Positions 1 through 9,833 of a stretch of 64,000 nt of DNA are shown here, in pieces (the first letter of the stretch is position 1; every line of letters starts with the position of its first letter). The stretch lies in assembly GCA_963738145.1 (NCBI GenBank), contig CAVTVH010000001.1:569011-633010 (forward strand), given 5' to 3'. The position numbers were made by a program, and so were the translations under genes. The notes beneath the pieces are model-generated. The model was not told the origin of the DNA, made no database searches, and saw only the letters and a list, made by a program, of their open reading frames with translations. Source of the stretch: an uncultured bacterium (GTDB lineage: Bacteria; Babelota; Babeliae; Babelales; Vermiphilaceae).

Positions 1-65
1 TGTCTCTGCCTCTTTTTTGCTTTGGCCGTTGGTGCAAAGGCGTTGACCAACGCTCTTCTGTAATG

Positions 66-599
66 CTATTTTCCAATGCCAATATTACCACAACCAATGC
101 GTGCACCAGCATTGCCAGATGGTTGCGTGGTTAAGTCATCTTCTTGTGCATGTATAATGACACTTCTTCCAAGAATGCTGTTCTTGCCATTGAGCGCAAG
201 ATACGGATCGATAAAATCTACTGAGGCTTGTCCTTGTTCATCGGCAACAATATTACCAAAATCGCCTACGTGACGTTTGGGGCTTGTGCGGCTACCATGA
301 GGTTGGCCTGTTGGATTAAAATGGCCGCCAGCACATACGGCATCGTCACAACCACAATCACCAAATTCGTGAATATGGAATCCATGGCTACCGGGTGTTA
401 ATCCTGTAAAGGTACCAACCACGCGTACGCCATTTTTTTCCTGAGTAAACGTTACCTTGCCTTGCATGGTATTACCTTTGGTGGGATGAACAACGGCAAC
501 GGCTTGTGTGATCGCCGTGTAAAAAGGTGAAAAAGTATAATAAAACGGGCTCAATAAAAAACAAATAACGACCATTAAAAGATGTAGAATGAAGTTCAT
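66..599 (-). CDS. sodC: Cu/Zn superoxide dismutase, exported
   Basis: 177-aa ORF with Cu/Zn-SOD signatures HGFHIHEFGDCG, GGHFNP, HVGDFGNI and GNAGARIGCG. The hydrophobic N-terminus suggests export. Confidence 0.9.
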   Translation of the reverse strand: MNFILHLLMVVICFLLSPFYYTFSPFYTAITQAVAVVHPTKGNTMQGKVTFTQEKNGVRVVGTFTGLTPGSHGFHIHEFGDCGCDDAVCAGGHFNPTGQPHGSRTSPKRHVGDFGNIVADEQGQASVDFIDPYLALNGKNSILGRSVIIHAQEDDLTTQPSGNAGARIGCGNIGIGK

Positions 600-616
600 G
601 AAATCTCCTTGTGCGT

Positions 617-1750
617 TTAGCGCGCTAAAATATCCTTACTCTCTTTTGGAATGTCCTGGTGTCTGTGTTGTTGCTCACCTGCCATTTGCTGGGTATGTTC
701 TTGCAAACCAAGCTGAATAATTTTATGCAAGAAGTCAGCAGGACGTAATCCAATTTCTGCCGCCTGGTGGAATATGCATGTTGCAGGTGTTAATCCTGGC
801 AGACTGTTTACTTCGAGTATAACGACCCGTTCTGTACCAGTTGGGTGTGCGTCTGCTCTTTGATAAAAACAATCGATGCGGGCATATCCTTTACAGCCTA
901 ATGCTGCATATGCTTTTTCCATAGTGCGTTGGACGAGCGCTAAAGTTTCTGCGGGCAACGGTGCTGGTGTTTGATTTTCGCCAGCGCCAGGTAAAAATTT
1001 TTCTTCAATAGAAAGAATGCTGCCTGCAGCGAGTGCTTGGCTTGGCGGTAACGCTTGAGGGTCTTCATTGCCCAAGACCCCTACCGTGAGTTCCATGCCA
1101 TGGATACATTCTTCAATCATGACATGCGTTTTTCCTTGAGCAAAAACAAGATCAAGAGCGGGAGCAAGGTCAGCAGCCTTACTAATTTTTTGCACCATAA
1201 CGCTGCAGCCATCATCATGAGGCTTAACAATAAGAGGCAGCGTAAAGGTGGTTAAGGTTTTTTCTATGACCTGTTCACGATGAACAACCCACTGATCCTG
1301 TGGTATAAGAACTGACATAGGCACATAAAAACCGCGACTTGCTAAATAGCGTGTTGTTTTAAACTTATCCATGCATAAAGCGCTTGCAAGAACAGAAGAG
1401 CCGTTGTACGGGATATTGAGCATCTCTAAAGCACCTTGAACTCCCCCATTTTCTCCCAAGCCGCCATGAAGAGCTATAAAGACAAAATCAGCAATTGATG
1501 GTAAGTCATTCCAGCCAATGGCTTTTGCTTGTGCCAGCCCAAGCTCTATCTCTTGTGTTGAATTACGCACTAATAATGCATTCGTGAGTATAAAAAGCTG
1601 CATCGAGCTTGAAACAAATACGGGAAGAGTTTCGTAGTGGTGCGATGAAAGTTTGTGGACTACGTTTCTGCCAGAATCAAGTGATATCTCTTTTTCATTA
1701 GAATTGCCGCCTAATAGGACGGCGACACGAATTTTTTTTGTTGATGACAT
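617..1750 (-). CDS. ddl: D-alanine--D-alanine ligase family protein, paralogue 1 (divergent omega loop, K-F instead of K-Y)
   Basis: N-terminus KIRVAVLLGGNSNEKEISLDSGRNV and ATP-grasp C-terminal half (GCKGYARIDCF, EVNSLPGLT). Start placed at MSSTKK (1750) rather than the longest ORF start (1798). Confidence 0.8.
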   Translation of the reverse strand: MSSTKKIRVAVLLGGNSNEKEISLDSGRNVVHKLSSHHYETLPVFVSSSMQLFILTNALLVRNSTQEIELGLAQAKAIGWNDLPSIADFVFIALHGGLGENGGVQGALEMLNIPYNGSSVLASALCMDKFKTTRYLASRGFYVPMSVLIPQDQWVVHREQVIEKTLTTFTLPLIVKPHDDGCSVMVQKISKAADLAPALDLVFAQGKTHVMIEECIHGMELTVGVLGNEDPQALPPSQALAAGSILSIEEKFLPGAGENQTPAPLPAETLALVQRTMEKAYAALGCKGYARIDCFYQRADAHPTGTERVVILEVNSLPGLTPATCIFHQAAEIGLRPADFLHKIIQLGLQEHTQQMAGEQQHRHQDIPKESKDILAR

Positions 1751-1760
1751 AGCAATAATC

Positions 1761-2834
1761 CTATACTTGCATGCCACGGGCACGCAGTTCCGTTTCAATT
1801 AAATGGTTAATAAGTTGTGCATGTGTTAAACCAATTTCCGCTGCTTGCCTGAACAAAAAACTTGTAGGCGCCATGCCACACAAAGTGTTCGGTTCTGTGA
1901 TGATAACGCGATTGTCTGGAGTTAAGAAACCATCAACGCGTGAGATGTTTTTTATAGCAAAAAGTTCACTGACAGCTAAACAGGTTGTTTGAATAAGATG
2001 CAGTTGTTCTTGTGTGCATCGAGCAGGAGTGAATTTTGTTGCACGTCCTGGCATATATTTTTGCTCGTAATCGAAAAAGAAAGATCCTTGTTCGGGTACG
2101 ATCTCTGTTGGTGGTAACAAAATGTGGTTGCTGCTTGTAGTATCAAGGAGCATGATGCACGAGAATTCCATGCCCTGTATATATTCTTCTATAATGACCG
2201 TTTGGCCTCGATTTGGTTGTACATAACAAGCATGATGCACAGCAGATTCTAACGAAGCATGATCATGTACAACGGTTATGCCCAGCGAAGATCCCTCTTT
2301 GTGCGGCTTTACAATATAAGGTAACGTAATGCCTTCCGCGCTCAGCTGTTGAACAACTTTATTGGTAGCAAAATGTGCAACATCGCCTACCGATAAGGTA
2401 ATACCTTTTGGCACATGAAAACCATGCGCTGCTAAGATATGTTTTTGAATATCTTTTGTCATGCATAGGGCGCTTGTGAGAATACCTGATCCTAAATAAG
2501 GTATGCCGAGTATTTCTAGAAAACCTTGTAGACAACCATCTTCTGCATAGTGACCATGAATGGCAAGATAGATGAAGTCGGCATGGCTTTTTAGTTGATC
2601 CCAGGTAATGCGTTGCGCTTCTTTATCAAGTCGATGAGTAAAATCGGTTGTTTTGCCACGATGGAGAAAGTGCCAAGGGAGTATAAATAACGTGCCGTCG
2701 CGACGTTGGAAAATAGGCACTATTTCATACAGTTGTGTGTCTAAGTGGTCACATACCGTACGGCCAGAATTAAAAGATGCTTCGTTTTCTACGGACCTTC
2801 CTCCCATGAAAACGCCAACACGCAACTTTTGCAC
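1761..2834 (-). CDS. ddl: D-alanine--D-alanine ligase, paralogue 2 (canonical omega loop FFDYEQKY)
   Basis: LRVGVFMGGRSVENEASFNSGRTV, FFDYEQKYMPG and EPNTLCGM. Start placed at GTG 2834, preceded by AAGGAAAA, because the longest ORF (to 2957) would overlap the divergent orn start. Confidence 0.8.
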   Translation of the reverse strand: MQKLRVGVFMGGRSVENEASFNSGRTVCDHLDTQLYEIVPIFQRRDGTLFILPWHFLHRGKTTDFTHRLDKEAQRITWDQLKSHADFIYLAIHGHYAEDGCLQGFLEILGIPYLGSGILTSALCMTKDIQKHILAAHGFHVPKGITLSVGDVAHFATNKVVQQLSAEGITLPYIVKPHKEGSSLGITVVHDHASLESAVHHACYVQPNRGQTVIIEEYIQGMEFSCIMLLDTTSSNHILLPPTEIVPEQGSFFFDYEQKYMPGRATKFTPARCTQEQLHLIQTTCLAVSELFAIKNISRVDGFLTPDNRVIITEPNTLCGMAPTSFLFRQAAEIGLTHAQLINHLIETELRARGMQV

Positions 2835-2949
2835 ATTTTTCCTTTTAAGGTAGTTATTTCTTGAGTAAAAATTTATAGTATTTAATCGTAATACTTTGCA
2901 CAGGCAAGTAAAGAAAATTCGCTCCTCTTTTTTCAAGGTTTTTCTGCGT

Positions 2950-3501
2950 ATGAACACAAAAGATAGATTGGTATGGATTGATTTGGAAATGACAGGGCTT
3001 GATGCTCAAAAAGATCTGATTTTAGAATTTGCCATGATTATTACGGATAATGATTTGAATGTCGTGGCACCGAAGGCGCACTATGTTATTCATCAGTCAC
3101 AAGCAGGATTATCTACTATGGATGCGTGGGTGCGAGAACATCATACCAAATCAGGACTCATTGGACAGGTGTCTCAGGCAACAATGTCCGTTGATGCCGT
3201 TGAACAAGAAGCTCTTGCGTTATTACGTGAACACTGTTCGCCAAAGAAGGCGCCATTATGTGGTAACTCGATTTGGCAAGACGCGATCTTTTTACGGCGA
3301 TACATGCCGCAGTTGATGGATTTTTTGCATTATCGTATTGTTGACGTTTCATCAATAAAAGAGGTGATTAAGCGTTGGTATCCAAAAAACAAAGAGGCGC
3401 ATTTTACTAAAAGCGATACACATCGAGCGCTGCAAGATATTGAGGAGTCGATTGCTGAATTGGCGTGGTATCGCAAGAAATTTTTTGTAAGTCAGGAGTA
3501 G
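2950..3501 (+). CDS. orn: oligoribonuclease
   Basis: LVWIDLEMTGLD (exo I), CGNSIWQDAIFLRRYMP, YRIVDVSSIKE and HRALQDIEESIAEL are typical DEDDh Orn motifs. Confidence 0.9.
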   Translation: MNTKDRLVWIDLEMTGLDAQKDLILEFAMIITDNDLNVVAPKAHYVIHQSQAGLSTMDAWVREHHTKSGLIGQVSQATMSVDAVEQEALALLREHCSPKKAPLCGNSIWQDAIFLRRYMPQLMDFLHYRIVDVSSIKEVIKRWYPKNKEAHFTKSDTHRALQDIEESIAELAWYRKKFFVSQE

Positions 3502-3505
3502 TAGT

Positions 3506-4204
3506 ATGCATGGTAAATCAAGTTTCTTGGTGGCAATTCTCATGATGTCTCATGTTAGCCATATAGCCACCTACAATGAGATGGAACAACTACAATCAAG
3601 GGTGATCCAAGCGCGCACTTGGCTTTGGGAGCATAGAAAATGGTTTGCTGCAGGTGCTGCGACAGCTCTTATTGTGGGTGGGGCATTATGTGTGGGATCG
3701 CGTCAACAAACTAAACCAGCAATGCCGCCATCATCATCATCACAACCGGCAACACAATCTACTACACCAGTCAGACCCATTTTTGATCCGCATACAAAAG
3801 GGGCGGGGCTATTGCATTACGTTTGTCATGGATGTGATGCACCATTTACACAGAGACTGCGGGGGTTGGGACTTGTTGATAAGACATCATGGTATGGTAT
3901 CAATCGGACATCAAGAACAGTGTGGTCAGTTGAGGCCTATCATAGTTTCTGTCCTGATTGGCATGGATTTCAAATAAATAACTGCCAGCCCAAATGTCGA
4001 AATAACCAAGGAACAGCATGTTTGATAGCAACTGATTGTTCCCATAGAAAAAACAGTTCAGATTCATGCTGGTATCATCGTGAAAGTGAGCTTTTTATTG
4101 GAAGATATGTTGATCGGCGAGGGGAATATGAAGCTATTAAAACCGCACCAAGGCCCTCAGTAGGCGGAAAAATTTTAACCATCATCGCAGTGGATTTGGT
4201 GTAA
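3506..4204 (+). CDS. hypothetical Cys-rich protein with N-terminal signal or membrane anchor
   Basis: 232-aa ORF with a hydrophobic segment (AAGAATALIVGGALCVG), a Ser/Pro linker and a Cys/His-rich C-terminal part. No family recognised. Confidence 0.4.
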   Translation: MHGKSSFLVAILMMSHVSHIATYNEMEQLQSRVIQARTWLWEHRKWFAAGAATALIVGGALCVGSRQQTKPAMPPSSSSQPATQSTTPVRPIFDPHTKGAGLLHYVCHGCDAPFTQRLRGLGLVDKTSWYGINRTSRTVWSVEAYHSFCPDWHGFQINNCQPKCRNNQGTACLIATDCSHRKNSSDSCWYHRESELFIGRYVDRRGEYEAIKTAPRPSVGGKILTIIAVDLV

Positions 4205-6158
4205 AATATATCTTGCTCGCGTAACTATTTTTATCAACAGCCGCAACAACCTTGAGAATCTCAGCGATGCTACCACTCTTAAGATATATTTTGCGTGAAA
4301 AACTTCCCTTGATTTTATGCACCGGTGGTTTGGCCGGGCCAAGGATGGTTATTTGATAGTTATTACGCTCTGTCAGTGCCAACAGTTCTTGGGCTAACAT
4401 GCCAGCATCTTTATCGATGGTTATCTCGTGTGTGTGCTTCAGTTCTATTTCAGCAAATCGTATGCAGGGGGGATAGATAACTGCTTCACGGGAAGCCATT
4501 TCGCTTTCATAAAAAGATATATAATCAATTTCATTGAGATAATTAAATATCTGGTGTTCTGCCATCGCTTGTACAATAACATGGCTGCGGCCTCCTGCGC
4601 GCCCTGCGCGACCGGCAACTTGGATAAGTTGCTGCAACGCAGTTTCAGATGCATTGTACATAGGAAAGTTAAGATTTAAATCTGCCCATAAGACACCCAC
4701 GAGTGTAACGCGGGGAAAATGGAATCCTTTGGTGATCGTTTGCGTGCCTACTAAGATATCTAAGGCCCCGCTGGTAAAATCGGTTATTGTTTGTTTCCAC
4801 ACCTTTTTTTGTGCCGTAATATCCATATCGGCACGGCCAATGCGGGCATTTGGAAATAGCTGCTGTAAAATGGTGACTACTTGTTGGGTGCCTATGCCTT
4901 TTTTTATAAAATGGTCCTGCCCTCGTTTGCAGGCAGGGCACGCCTTTGGCTGTTGCATATGCATGCCACAGTAATGACAGAGCAATGTTGTATGTTCATG
5001 GAGGGTAAGGCTTACCGAACAGGATGAACAGGTGAAGGTAAAACTACAGGCTGAACATTGCACAAAAAAGCTAAAGCCGCGTCGATTGATAAATATAATA
5101 ATCTGTTCTTTATGGGCAATACGATCTTTAATGGCCAGCTCAAGAGGCCGGCTAATCCAAAATGATGACCGTTGTTTTTTATCAGTAAGGAAGACTGTTT
5201 CAATGGTTGGTAAGGTGCCACCAAATCGTTGCGTGAGTTGAAAAAAATGCCAACCTTTTGTGCGAACATTATACAGTGAACTTATTGATGGTGTTGCAGA
5301 TCCCAGCAATATGGGAATATTTGCAAGCTGTGCACGCCAAATGGCAATCTCTTTACTATTGAATTTGGGATGTTTTTTTTCTTGGTAACCAGCATCATGC
5401 TCCTCATCAACAATAATGACCCCCAACTTTGCAATGGGAAGCAAAATCGGCATGTGTACGCCAATGATGAGCGTTGGCTTGCCATCAAGAAGTCGTTGCC
5501 ACAACGTACGCTTATCGGTCGTAGACGTTGCTGAGTGAAACCTAAAAAGAGCAATTTCTTCGGGCAGCTGGTGGCGCAAGAGTTGTTCAAATTGTAGTGC
5601 TAAGGTGACTTCGGGTAGCAATAATAATGCCGATTTTTGTTGCTGTATCGTATGCACAATGATTGATTTATATACTTCAGTTTTTCCCGATCCGGTAACA
5701 CCATGCAGTAATGTCGGTGCATAACGATTGGCGTCAATTGCTTGCTGTATAAAGAAGGATACTTCGTGTTGTTGTGGCGTCAGGGTTATTTGTTGCTCAT
5801 GTTGGGAAGATGCTGCTTTTGGTTTTTTTTTACGTTGTTGTGTCTCTTCAAGAAAAAGCCTGATGCGCCTGATGCACACCAATCTACTTATTTGGTAATA
5901 ATGGGCGATATGAGCAATAAAGGTGTGATACGTTCCATCTGCAGGGAACGGTTCAACATGGTCAATGGTTTTAATGGCGAATCTTATGTTGTCAGGCTTT
6001 GTGGGTAGAAGCTGTACAACCATTGCAGGTAGGCGCTTTGTGCGCAAGGGAACTTGCACAATAGTGCCGATGGTTAGCAGAGGTAGGTTTTCACCCTTTG
6101 GTAGGGAGTAGATAAGAGGTTCAGAATATTGATTTAAAAGTTTTACCCGGACAAACAT
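4182..6158 (-). CDS. priA: primosomal protein N' (replication restart helicase PriA)
   Basis: Walker [17 protein letters not shown] box, Cys-rich zinc region CSACSFTFTCSSCSVSLTLH..CHYCG..CPACK and helicase C-terminal motifs QVAGRAGR. Confidence 0.9.
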   Translation of the reverse strand: MFVRVKLLNQYSEPLIYSLPKGENLPLLTIGTIVQVPLRTKRLPAMVVQLLPTKPDNIRFAIKTIDHVEPFPADGTYHTFIAHIAHYYQISRLVCIRRIRLFLEETQQRKKKPKAASSQHEQQITLTPQQHEVSFFIQQAIDANRYAPTLLHGVTGSGKTEVYKSIIVHTIQQQKSALLLLPEVTLALQFEQLLRHQLPEEIALFRFHSATSTTDKRTLWQRLLDGKPTLIIGVHMPILLPIAKLGVIIVDEEHDAGYQEKKHPKFNSKEIAIWRAQLANIPILLGSATPSISSLYNVRTKGWHFFQLTQRFGGTLPTIETVFLTDKKQRSSFWISRPLELAIKDRIAHKEQIIIFINRRGFSFFVQCSACSFTFTCSSCSVSLTLHEHTTLLCHYCGMHMQQPKACPACKRGQDHFIKKGIGTQQVVTILQQLFPNARIGRADMDITAQKKVWKQTITDFTSGALDILVGTQTITKGFHFPRVTLVGVLWADLNLNFPMYNASETALQQLIQVAGRAGRAGGRSHVIVQAMAEHQIFNYLNEIDYISFYESEMASREAVIYPPCIRFAEIELKHTHEITIDKDAGMLAQELLALTERNNYQITILGPAKPPVHKIKGSFSRKIYLKSGSIAEILKVVAAVDKNSYASKIYFTPNPLR

Positions 6159-6200
6159 GCCTTTGATTATAACAAGTTTGTCCGGATTTTACATTTTGAT

Positions 6201-6662
6201 TTAATTCCAGCTCTTCTTGTTACCACGACCCTTCTTCTCTTTTTTTACGGCCGTTAAAGCAGCCTTTTGATGTGTTGTTGAATCTAAGTTTAAGCGTTTA
6301 TCGGTAATGGTTATAGTGTACGTTACTGCCTTTACCTGCGGGATATTGATAGTGAGTGTATGTGCCTGTGTTTCACCCGAACCATTTATTTTTGGATAAG
6401 CTTCTATTTCTAAGCTTTGTGGAGCAATATCGCGTGTTTCGCTTACTGTTTCACCCTTTTTTAGGGTACCAGATATAACATTGACAGGGCCTTCTTCTGG
6501 TTCAACCATTTCATTGATAACATTTTGCTCCGTTGGCAGCCAACTAGCATATTCCATTGTTTTAGATGCATTATTAGTTATGGTAAAAGTAACAGATGTA
6601 GCATCTACTGATTGTGATATGCATACTGCGCTGGTAAGTAGCGCTAATTTGAGGTAATTCAT
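6201..6662 (-). CDS. hypothetical secreted protein
   Basis: ORF with signal peptide MNYLKLALLTSAVCISQSVDA. No recognised family. Confidence 0.4.
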   Translation of the reverse strand: MNYLKLALLTSAVCISQSVDATSVTFTITNNASKTMEYASWLPTEQNVINEMVEPEEGPVNVISGTLKKGETVSETRDIAPQSLEIEAYPKINGSGETQAHTLTINIPQVKAVTYTITITDKRLNLDSTTHQKAALTAVKKEKKGRGNKKSWN

Positions 6663-6685
6663 ACGATTCTCTCCTTGTAAAAAAA

Positions 6686-7081
6686 TCATCTTACAATTAA
6701 ACGGTTATCTAAAGATTTTTGCCGCAATGCATCTTCTTCATGGTCATAGGTTATTTGTGCAAATGTTTGGAAATTAAGTTCAAAAAACATTTCGTGCTCG
6801 AATAACTTTTTGATGTCACTTGGCCGTATCATAAAATCGATGTAATGGCCTGAGGGTGAGGCTACAAGTCGATAATTCCCCGGTGTTAGGTTTTTATAAA
6901 CAATAATACCTAGTTTTTTAGGAGGAATAGCCATCGAAGTTAAGGGCGCTGGCGGTTGTATGCGCTCCAAGCGCACCGCTTGTTGTTGGCCAGTTGTATT
7001 ATCAACATAAAAACGAAAATCTTTTGCATGAATTATGGGCGACCCCAGAAAAAATGCGTAAATTAATATCTGTTTTTTCAT
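6686..7081 (-). CDS. hypothetical secreted protein
   Basis: 131-aa ORF with signal peptide MKKQILIYAFFLGSPIIHA, directly upstream of the previous ORF on the same strand. Confidence 0.4.
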   Translation of the reverse strand: MKKQILIYAFFLGSPIIHAKDFRFYVDNTTGQQQAVRLERIQPPAPLTSMAIPPKKLGIIVYKNLTPGNYRLVASPSGHYIDFMIRPSDIKKLFEHEMFFELNFQTFAQITYDHEEDALRQKSLDNRLIVR

Positions 7082-7261
7082 TTTTATTCTCTCTTTTGAC
7101 TTGTTTCAATAATTCTATTAATAAAATTAGCAGAAAAAAAACTATCAACTCAATGGATTTGTCGCCTTCGTGTGTCATGAGAGTTTTAATTGCTATACAA
7201 CAGCTCCATTAGTTAGGTTTGTGGAATAAAGATTCTTTTATGCGAATTCAAGGGGAAAGTA

Positions 7262-9823
7262 ATGATTAAGCAGATGAATTTTAGCTTTTATACCACGCTG
7301 TCGCCAGAAGATGCAATTGCCTATTTAGAAAGTAATGCCACGTCGGGGCTCAATAATGAGCAATATGGCGTGCGCAAAAGAGAGTATGGCCTTAACGAGG
7401 TTGATGCAGATGATATTTCAAAAATTGCCCTTTTATTGCGTCAAATGAAATCTCCCTTCATCTATCTCCTTTTATTTGCGGGTGGCGTTTCTTTTTTTTT
7501 AAAAAACAGTACCGAAGGGGTTGTGCTGTTGTGTATTGTTGCTCTTAATACTCTCTTTGGTTTTTATCAAGAGTATCGTGCCAGTAAAACGGTGCAGATG
7601 TTGAAACATTATGTGCTGGATCACATAAAAATACGCCGGAATGGGGCTGAAGTTCAGGTTGTTTCCACGGATATAGTTCCTGGGGACATTGTGGTGCTCT
7701 ATCCGGGAGATAGGGTGCCTGCCGACATGCGTATTATAGAATCATACAACGGTACGGTGGATGAATCTATGATTACCGGAGAATCGCTTGCGGTTGTTAA
7801 AACAAGCGAAAAGCTTGAGGCACAGGCTACAGAGTTTTTTTCGGCAAGAAATATTGTTTTTGCAGGTACAACGGTTATGACAGGAAAGATTATAGGTGTC
7901 GTATTTGCCACGGGGAGTAACGATGCGTTAGGCCTTTTAACATTGCGTGCGGCTAGTAATGTTGAGCACATGAGTAGTTTTTCGCGCGCATTAGGACAAT
8001 TTAGCCGTTTCGTGCTCTATCTTGTTCTTATTTCATTGCTCATCATTTGTGCCGCTCATATTCTGATCAAAGGAATGGCTCGGGTTGATATCATCGAGCT
8101 TATCTTATTTGCAAGTGCGCTGGCGGTAAGTGTTGTTCCTGAAGCATTGCCTCTTGTTATGACCTTTGCTTTATCACAAGGTGCTTTACGTTTAGCGCAA
8201 CGAAAAACCGTAGTTAAAAGGCTTTCAGCCATTGAAGATTTAGGAAACGTTCAGATTTTGTGTACTGATAAAACAGGAACGCTCACAGAAAATCTTTTGC
8301 GGGTTACCGATCTTTATGGGAATGACCCAAAGGCAGTGGCATTGTACGCATTATTGGCTGGAGATATTGGCGATCCAAAAAACATAGCAAAGGGGTTTGA
8401 TAAAGCATTATATAATGCTATGTCTGAAGAAGAACATTTGAATTTTTCTCGGTATCATAAGATAGCAGAAATTCCCTTTGATCCATCGCGATTGCGGACA
8501 GTTGCTCTGGTTAAAAATGATGCTATGTACGAAATAATTCTCCGCGGCGCCTCGGAAGTTGTGCTCACTCAATGCGATAGCATGACACCAGAAGAACGAG
8601 AAGCATCCTTTGGTTGGATAACTGCTGAAGGAAGAAAGGGTAATCGCGTTATTGCTGTGGCTAAAAAAGCAGTTACTGTTGGCAGTGAAAAAGAGCTTGC
8701 TTTACACGATGCTCATGCAGAAGAAAACCTTACTTTCTTGGGGCTTGTTTCGTTCCAAGATCCTATTAAAAAAACAGCCTTTCATGCATTAGATAGGGCA
8801 AAATCTCTTGGCCTTGAACTTAAAATTTTAAGTGGCGATAGCAAGGAAGCATGTGCCGCTGTAGGTATACAGCTGGGATTGATTAGCCAGGAAAGCGCAG
8901 TCGTTTTGGGTGCTGATTTTGCCGCACAATCGCCACAAAATAAGAAAAAGACCGTTAAAGAATCGGTGATTTTTGCCCGTGTTTCTCCCGAACATAAATG
9001 TGAGATTATTAGGATCTTGCAAGAAGAGAAAGATGTTGCCTATTTAGGGGACGGCATCAATGATGTGCTTGCGCTTAAGGAAGCGCATGTAGGACTTGCG
9101 GTGAATGATGCCACTGATGTAGCACGAGAAGCAGCAGATATTATATTATTACGAAAAAGTTTGACCGTGATTATTGATGGCATCCAAGAAGGGCGGAGAG
9201 TTTTTGCCAACACGCTTAAATATATCAAATTTAACCTGGCAGCAAACTTTGGAAACTTTTATTCTCTTGGGGTAGCAGCTCTTTTTATTGACCAATTACC
9301 GATGTTACCTGCGCAGATTTTACTCGTGAACTTCTTGTCTGATATTCCTCTTATTGCATTAGCCACTGATACGGTTCCTGAAGATGAGCTTAAGCGACCA
9401 GCTCGTTATGACATTAAAAATATGCTTATATTGACGACAATACTTGGAATTGTAAGCTCCGTTTTTGATCTCGTTTATTTTGCATTCTTCTTTCACTTGC
9501 CGTTTGGCATAGTACAGACAGGATGGTTTGTATTGAATGTGCTGACTGAAGTTATATTTATCTTCTCTATTCGAACCAATAAATTCTTTATGCATGGCAG
9601 TTGGCCATCCCGTTCATTATGGATATCAACTATTTTTGCGGCAGGGTTTGGTGTTTGGGTTGTTTATACAGCATTAGGTCAGAGACTCTTTAACTTTAGT
9701 TATTTGGATCACACGTTGATTGTAAAAATTATTCTTATTACGCTAGCCTATTTTGTTGTTTCGGAGATTGTGAAGCTCCTGTATTATAAGGTGAATAGCG
9801 GGAGGGTAACCCCAATAAAATAG
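7262..9823 (+). CDS. cation-transporting P-type ATPase (MgtA / H+-ATPase-like)
   Basis: 853 aa with TGES, phosphorylation site CTDKTGTLTEN, hinge GDGINDVLALKEAHVGLAV and multiple TM helices. RBS GGGGAAAG precedes the ATG. Confidence 0.85.
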   Translation: MIKQMNFSFYTTLSPEDAIAYLESNATSGLNNEQYGVRKREYGLNEVDADDISKIALLLRQMKSPFIYLLLFAGGVSFFLKNSTEGVVLLCIVALNTLFGFYQEYRASKTVQMLKHYVLDHIKIRRNGAEVQVVSTDIVPGDIVVLYPGDRVPADMRIIESYNGTVDESMITGESLAVVKTSEKLEAQATEFFSARNIVFAGTTVMTGKIIGVVFATGSNDALGLLTLRAASNVEHMSSFSRALGQFSRFVLYLVLISLLIICAAHILIKGMARVDIIELILFASALAVSVVPEALPLVMTFALSQGALRLAQRKTVVKRLSAIEDLGNVQILCTDKTGTLTENLLRVTDLYGNDPKAVALYALLAGDIGDPKNIAKGFDKALYNAMSEEEHLNFSRYHKIAEIPFDPSRLRTVALVKNDAMYEIILRGASEVVLTQCDSMTPEEREASFGWITAEGRKGNRVIAVAKKAVTVGSEKELALHDAHAEENLTFLGLVSFQDPIKKTAFHALDRAKSLGLELKILSGDSKEACAAVGIQLGLISQESAVVLGADFAAQSPQNKKKTVKESVIFARVSPEHKCEIIRILQEEKDVAYLGDGINDVLALKEAHVGLAVNDATDVAREAADIILLRKSLTVIIDGIQEGRRVFANTLKYIKFNLAANFGNFYSLGVAALFIDQLPMLPAQILLVNFLSDIPLIALATDTVPEDELKRPARYDIKNMLILTTILGIVSSVFDLVYFAFFFHLPFGIVQTGWFVLNVLTEVIFIFSIRTNKFFMHGSWPSRSLWISTIFAAGFGVWVVYTALGQRLFNFSYLDHTLIVKIILITLAYFVVSEIVKLLYYKVNSGRVTPIK

Positions 9824-9833
9824 GTCGTATCCC

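Noticed and set aside
2835-2957. A 41-codon N-terminal extension of ddl paralogue 2 (longest ORF starting at 2957).
   Set aside because: It would overlap the divergent orn start at 2950. The extension has no Ddl homology, and a GTG with a good AAGGAAAA RBS lies just before the conserved LRVGVFMGG N-terminus.
3645-3977. The nested 110-aa His-rich ORF inside the 3506..4204 ORF, as a sign of another frameshift.
   Set aside because: The 232-aa frame is continuous and has a sensible signal/linker/Cys-rich layout. The nested ORF is an alternative frame of the Ser/Pro-rich linker with no independent support.
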